From Azolla caroliniana (Eukaryota > Plantae > Polypodiophyta): 64,000 nucleotides of DNA. Both the position numbers and the translations under genes were made by a program. Location of the stretch: positions 14,136,001-14,200,000 of the forward strand of contig JBHGNT010000016.1 of NCBI GenBank assembly GCA_043228905.1, in the 5' to 3' direction. The notes under the pieces were generated by a model. That model saw only the letters and a program-made list of their open reading frames with translations, was not told the origin of the DNA and did not search any database. Below are positions 60,915 to 64,000 of this stretch, piece by piece. The number at the start of each line of letters is the position of its first letter. Positions within the stretch are counted from its first letter, which is position 1.

Positions 60915-62150
60915 GAATTTTCAAAGGAAATCCGATGCAATGCATCGGATTTCTATTTAAAGTCCACTTTTTGCTATTTGTTACCAAATTTTCATATTTT
61001 AAAATATTTTTTTGTATTTTTAAATTTTTTTTTCATTTTTTCCCATAAATAAATAAATAAAAATTGCAAAAAATGGGTTTTCAACAGAAATCCGATGCAC
61101 TACATCAGATTTCTATTGAAAATCCATTTTGTCTTATTTGTTTCCAATTTTTCAGATATTTTGAATTTGTTTTTGTATTTGTTTTGAATTGTTTTTGTTT
61201 TTATCATAAATAAATATATAGGAATTGAAAAAAATGGATTTTCAACGGAAATCCGATGCAGTGCATTGGATTTCCATTGAAAGTCCACTTTTTCTTGTTT
61301 GTTTACAAATTTTCTTATTTGTTTATATTTTTCTCTAAAAAAGTGTTAAAAATAAACAAATTGTGATTTTCTCCATTTAAAATGATGTGTTTTCAACGGG
61401 AATCCGATGCAGTGCATCGGATTCCAGTTGAAAACAGATAATTTTCAACAGGATTTTCAATGGAAATCCGATGCACTGCATCGGATTTCCGTTCAAAATC
61501 ACTGAGTTTCAACAGAAATCCGATGCAGTGCATCGGATTTCCGTTGAAAGTCCAATATTTTTCTTATGTTTTTTCATAAAACATTAATTTGCAATTGAAA
61601 TCCGACTCAATGGTTCAGATTTTGTTGAAAATGTAATATTTTTTATTATCTCATTGTTTTATGAAAAACCTAAAAGAAATTTGGATTTTTAATTGAAATT
61701 CGATGTAGTGCATTAGATTTCCGTTGGAAATCCACTTTTTTAATATATTTTTATTTATTTTTTGAAAAAATGAAAAACAATTGAAAAGAAAGAGGATTGC
61801 CAACTAAAATCTGATGCAATGCATCAATGTGTAGCTGTATAGACTACGATCTGATGTAGTGTATCGGATTTCAGTTGAAAAGCCGTTTATTATTTTTTTA
61901 TATGGAAAATAAATAAATAAATAACATTGGAAAAAGAAAAAAGAAAAAAGGATTTTCGACTCTAATCCAACGCATTGCATTAGATTCTAGCTATATATAC
62001 TAAAATATAATGTAGTGCATAGTATTTTAGCTGAAAATCCATTTTTTATTTTTTAATGGAAAAAATTTTAAAAATTACAAAAAAAAAAAAAACTTGGATT
62101 TTCAACTGAAATCTAGTGCATCGCATTGGATTCCAATTAAAAATCCAAGA
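60915..62150. repeat. Array of ~13 copies of a ~45-bp palindrome (TTTTCAACGGAAATCCGATGCA-N-TGCATCGGATTTCCGTTGAAAA) in AT-rich spacers
   Basis: Copies near 60918, 61078, 61240, 61390, 61454, 61507, 61590, 61686, 61800, 61845, 61952, 62000 and 62097; the first units have a ~161-bp period. Confidence 0.9.
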
Positions 62151-63379
62151 TTTTTTATTTTTTCAAATTTTATTGTTTCAAATTTTATTGTTTCAAATTT
62201 TCAATGGGTTTTAGATTTGTTTTCTGACACAGGTATATAATATAAAACTTACATCAATTTAGATTAACGTTATATTCTATTCTTCAGTTTGATGTTACCT
62301 GTGCAATTTCATTCTACTGTCATGTACTACTAAAACATACGCCTTAAAGATTATCAGGAACTCTGTTGCATTAGAGAAGGACCTTGAGCAAGTTAATGTC
62401 ATCAAAATGAGGATCCAAGGTATCTGGGGTTGTCCTGATCAAGACCAAGAAGTTGGGGCAAAGCATATCAATAAAACTTAGATGTTCCAGATGACTTTTA
62501 GAAAACTTGTGGAACTATAGATGAAGACGCAGGGCAACTTGTTGAATTAGAAGACGTTTCAGAGTCTGAACATACTAACAATTCAACTTAGCGTACTGAC
62601 GAAGCCAATGAGGACAATCTTGATGAAAGAGCTAGTCCTGAGTAGACGGCTTTACCAGACTCATTATTCGATTGAATGGTTATGGCTTATTGTAAATTTT
62701 GAACAATATGAATTGTTAAATTTTGATGTAATATATAAGTTGAGCTTACTTATAATTTTTGTGTAACAATCATTGAACTTAGAAATTAAGTATACTTGTA
62801 TGTGTACATGTTATCTAAACTCTCCTTTATCATTTGGGGTATATCGGAGATAAGTTTATACTCTATCATTTACTCGTATGATTGGAATGTTATTGTAGAC
62901 TAGTTTATTTATACATTGACAGTGTCATGTATCACGTGTCAATGGAAATTTTCTCTAGACATAGTAGTATCTCTTAATTGCAAGGTTCACAATTTGCTTT
63001 AAGATGTATTATATTTAAATATACACACATAATTAGAAGAAGTCACTTATTCAATGGGGCATGCTTTTTAGAATATGCACAAGGACCCGTGTTACTATTA
63101 TACTTGTGTTGACAAATACACCCCTGTCTAAGATTTGGACAAAAACATGGTAGATAGAATATACGTCGGATGATTTTGTTGACGTGATATTAGTTAGTTC
63201 TTTTTTTCGCTATGTTTTCATAAACCACATACACATGCGTCGTGCCTTGTTGAAATTCTGCTTAAATAAGGCATTTTTTAACATCTCACTAAGATATGAA
63301 AAAGAGAATGCAACATATTACCTGTTTCAAATGACACAGTGTTTTAACATCTAATTGAATAAGCTCCAAATCTTTGGCT

Positions 63380-63595
63380 GCCACAATGCCATGCAAAATC
63401 TGAAGGGTGGTCATTTTCACCACTAGTGAGAAGATCTTGTCATAGTCGACAAGATCTTGTCGTAGTCGACACCATATTCTTGCCGGAAACCCTTCACTAC
63501 TAGTGTGGCTTTGAATTTGGGACTAGCTCAATTGGACATTTCTTTTAGCCGATTGATCCATTTGCAAGGGAGAGCACGTCGATTTGTTCATAGTT
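63380..63595 (-). mobile_element. Copia family A RT fragment
   Basis: Minus strand PKFKATLVVKGFRQEYGVDYDKI...SLVVKMTTL, with a 20-bp internal duplication. Confidence 0.7.
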
Positions 63596-63865
63596 TGTTG
63601 AGAGGCAAGCTCAACATGCGCCGATCAACTAAATAAGCCTACAACTGGGTCGGCCTCGGGAAAGACTGGTGGGTTGTTGAGGCCTTCATCCCTAGTCTTA
63701 GTACTAGGAATATTTTAGGCAGTTAGTGTCGTGGTCTTTTTATGAGCAATCAAGTACTCACTGTACTTGTGTCAGCCCACTATCAGGGCTTGTATAAAAG
63801 TTCTTGTGAGCACACTTGTATGTACAAAGCGTATTATTTTCAAATCTGAGTTTTGTCTTTTGCGT
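63596..63865 (+). mobile_element. Copia family B LTR, partial, probably interrupted at 63866 by another LTR
   Basis: Starts TGTTGAGAGGCAAGCTCAAC; CTTGTATAAAAG and other family B LTR blocks are present. Confidence 0.75.
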
Positions 63866-64000
63866 TGTCGTGAAGATCCATCACTACGTGCGGATCGTGA
63901 GGTAGAACCGTCGGGGTTCTGGACCAGAAGGATTCAAAGTCGGTACAAGCTTTGGCTAGAAAGTACTTAAGATAGATTGGGAAAGAGAGAATTTGAGATT

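Noticed and set aside
60915-62150. CRISPR array
   Set aside because: The spacers are low-complexity, mutually homologous and very variable in length, the repeats decay, there are no cas genes, and the context is eukaryotic.

Overview
Plant (probably non-seed plant, e.g. fern-like; inference) repeat-dense region. Roughly 85-90% is nested retrotransposons; one intact host gene is present, a two-exon Bet v 1/PR-10/MLP-like gene (46522-48273, minus strand). I resolved boundaries from LTR pairs, PBS, PPT and 5-bp target-site duplications (TSDs). Main elements: an intact young Ty1/copia (12637-17764, identical LTRs, 1470-aa ORF); a near-intact Tnt1/Tork-like copia (21768-27329); a full-length non-chromovirus Ty3/gypsy with a large extra 3' ORF (29255-39153); a non-autonomous LTR element (10795-18900) carrying a captured SpoU/MRM1-type rRNA methyltransferase fragment; many degenerate copia/gypsy relics; a non-L1-type LINE; MITE-like inverted repeats; and a palindromic repeat array (60915-62150). 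The most striking observation concerns the gypsy element and the non-autonomous element, whose LTRs are otherwise dissimilar. Both lack a polypurine tract, and both have at that position a conserved tRNA-3'-end sequence (GTCCCACAGGYGTGCCA) followed by 2 nt and the LTR. This forms a second, antisense primer-binding site and suggests that both DNA strands may be tRNA-primed. All counts and alignments were done by eye.
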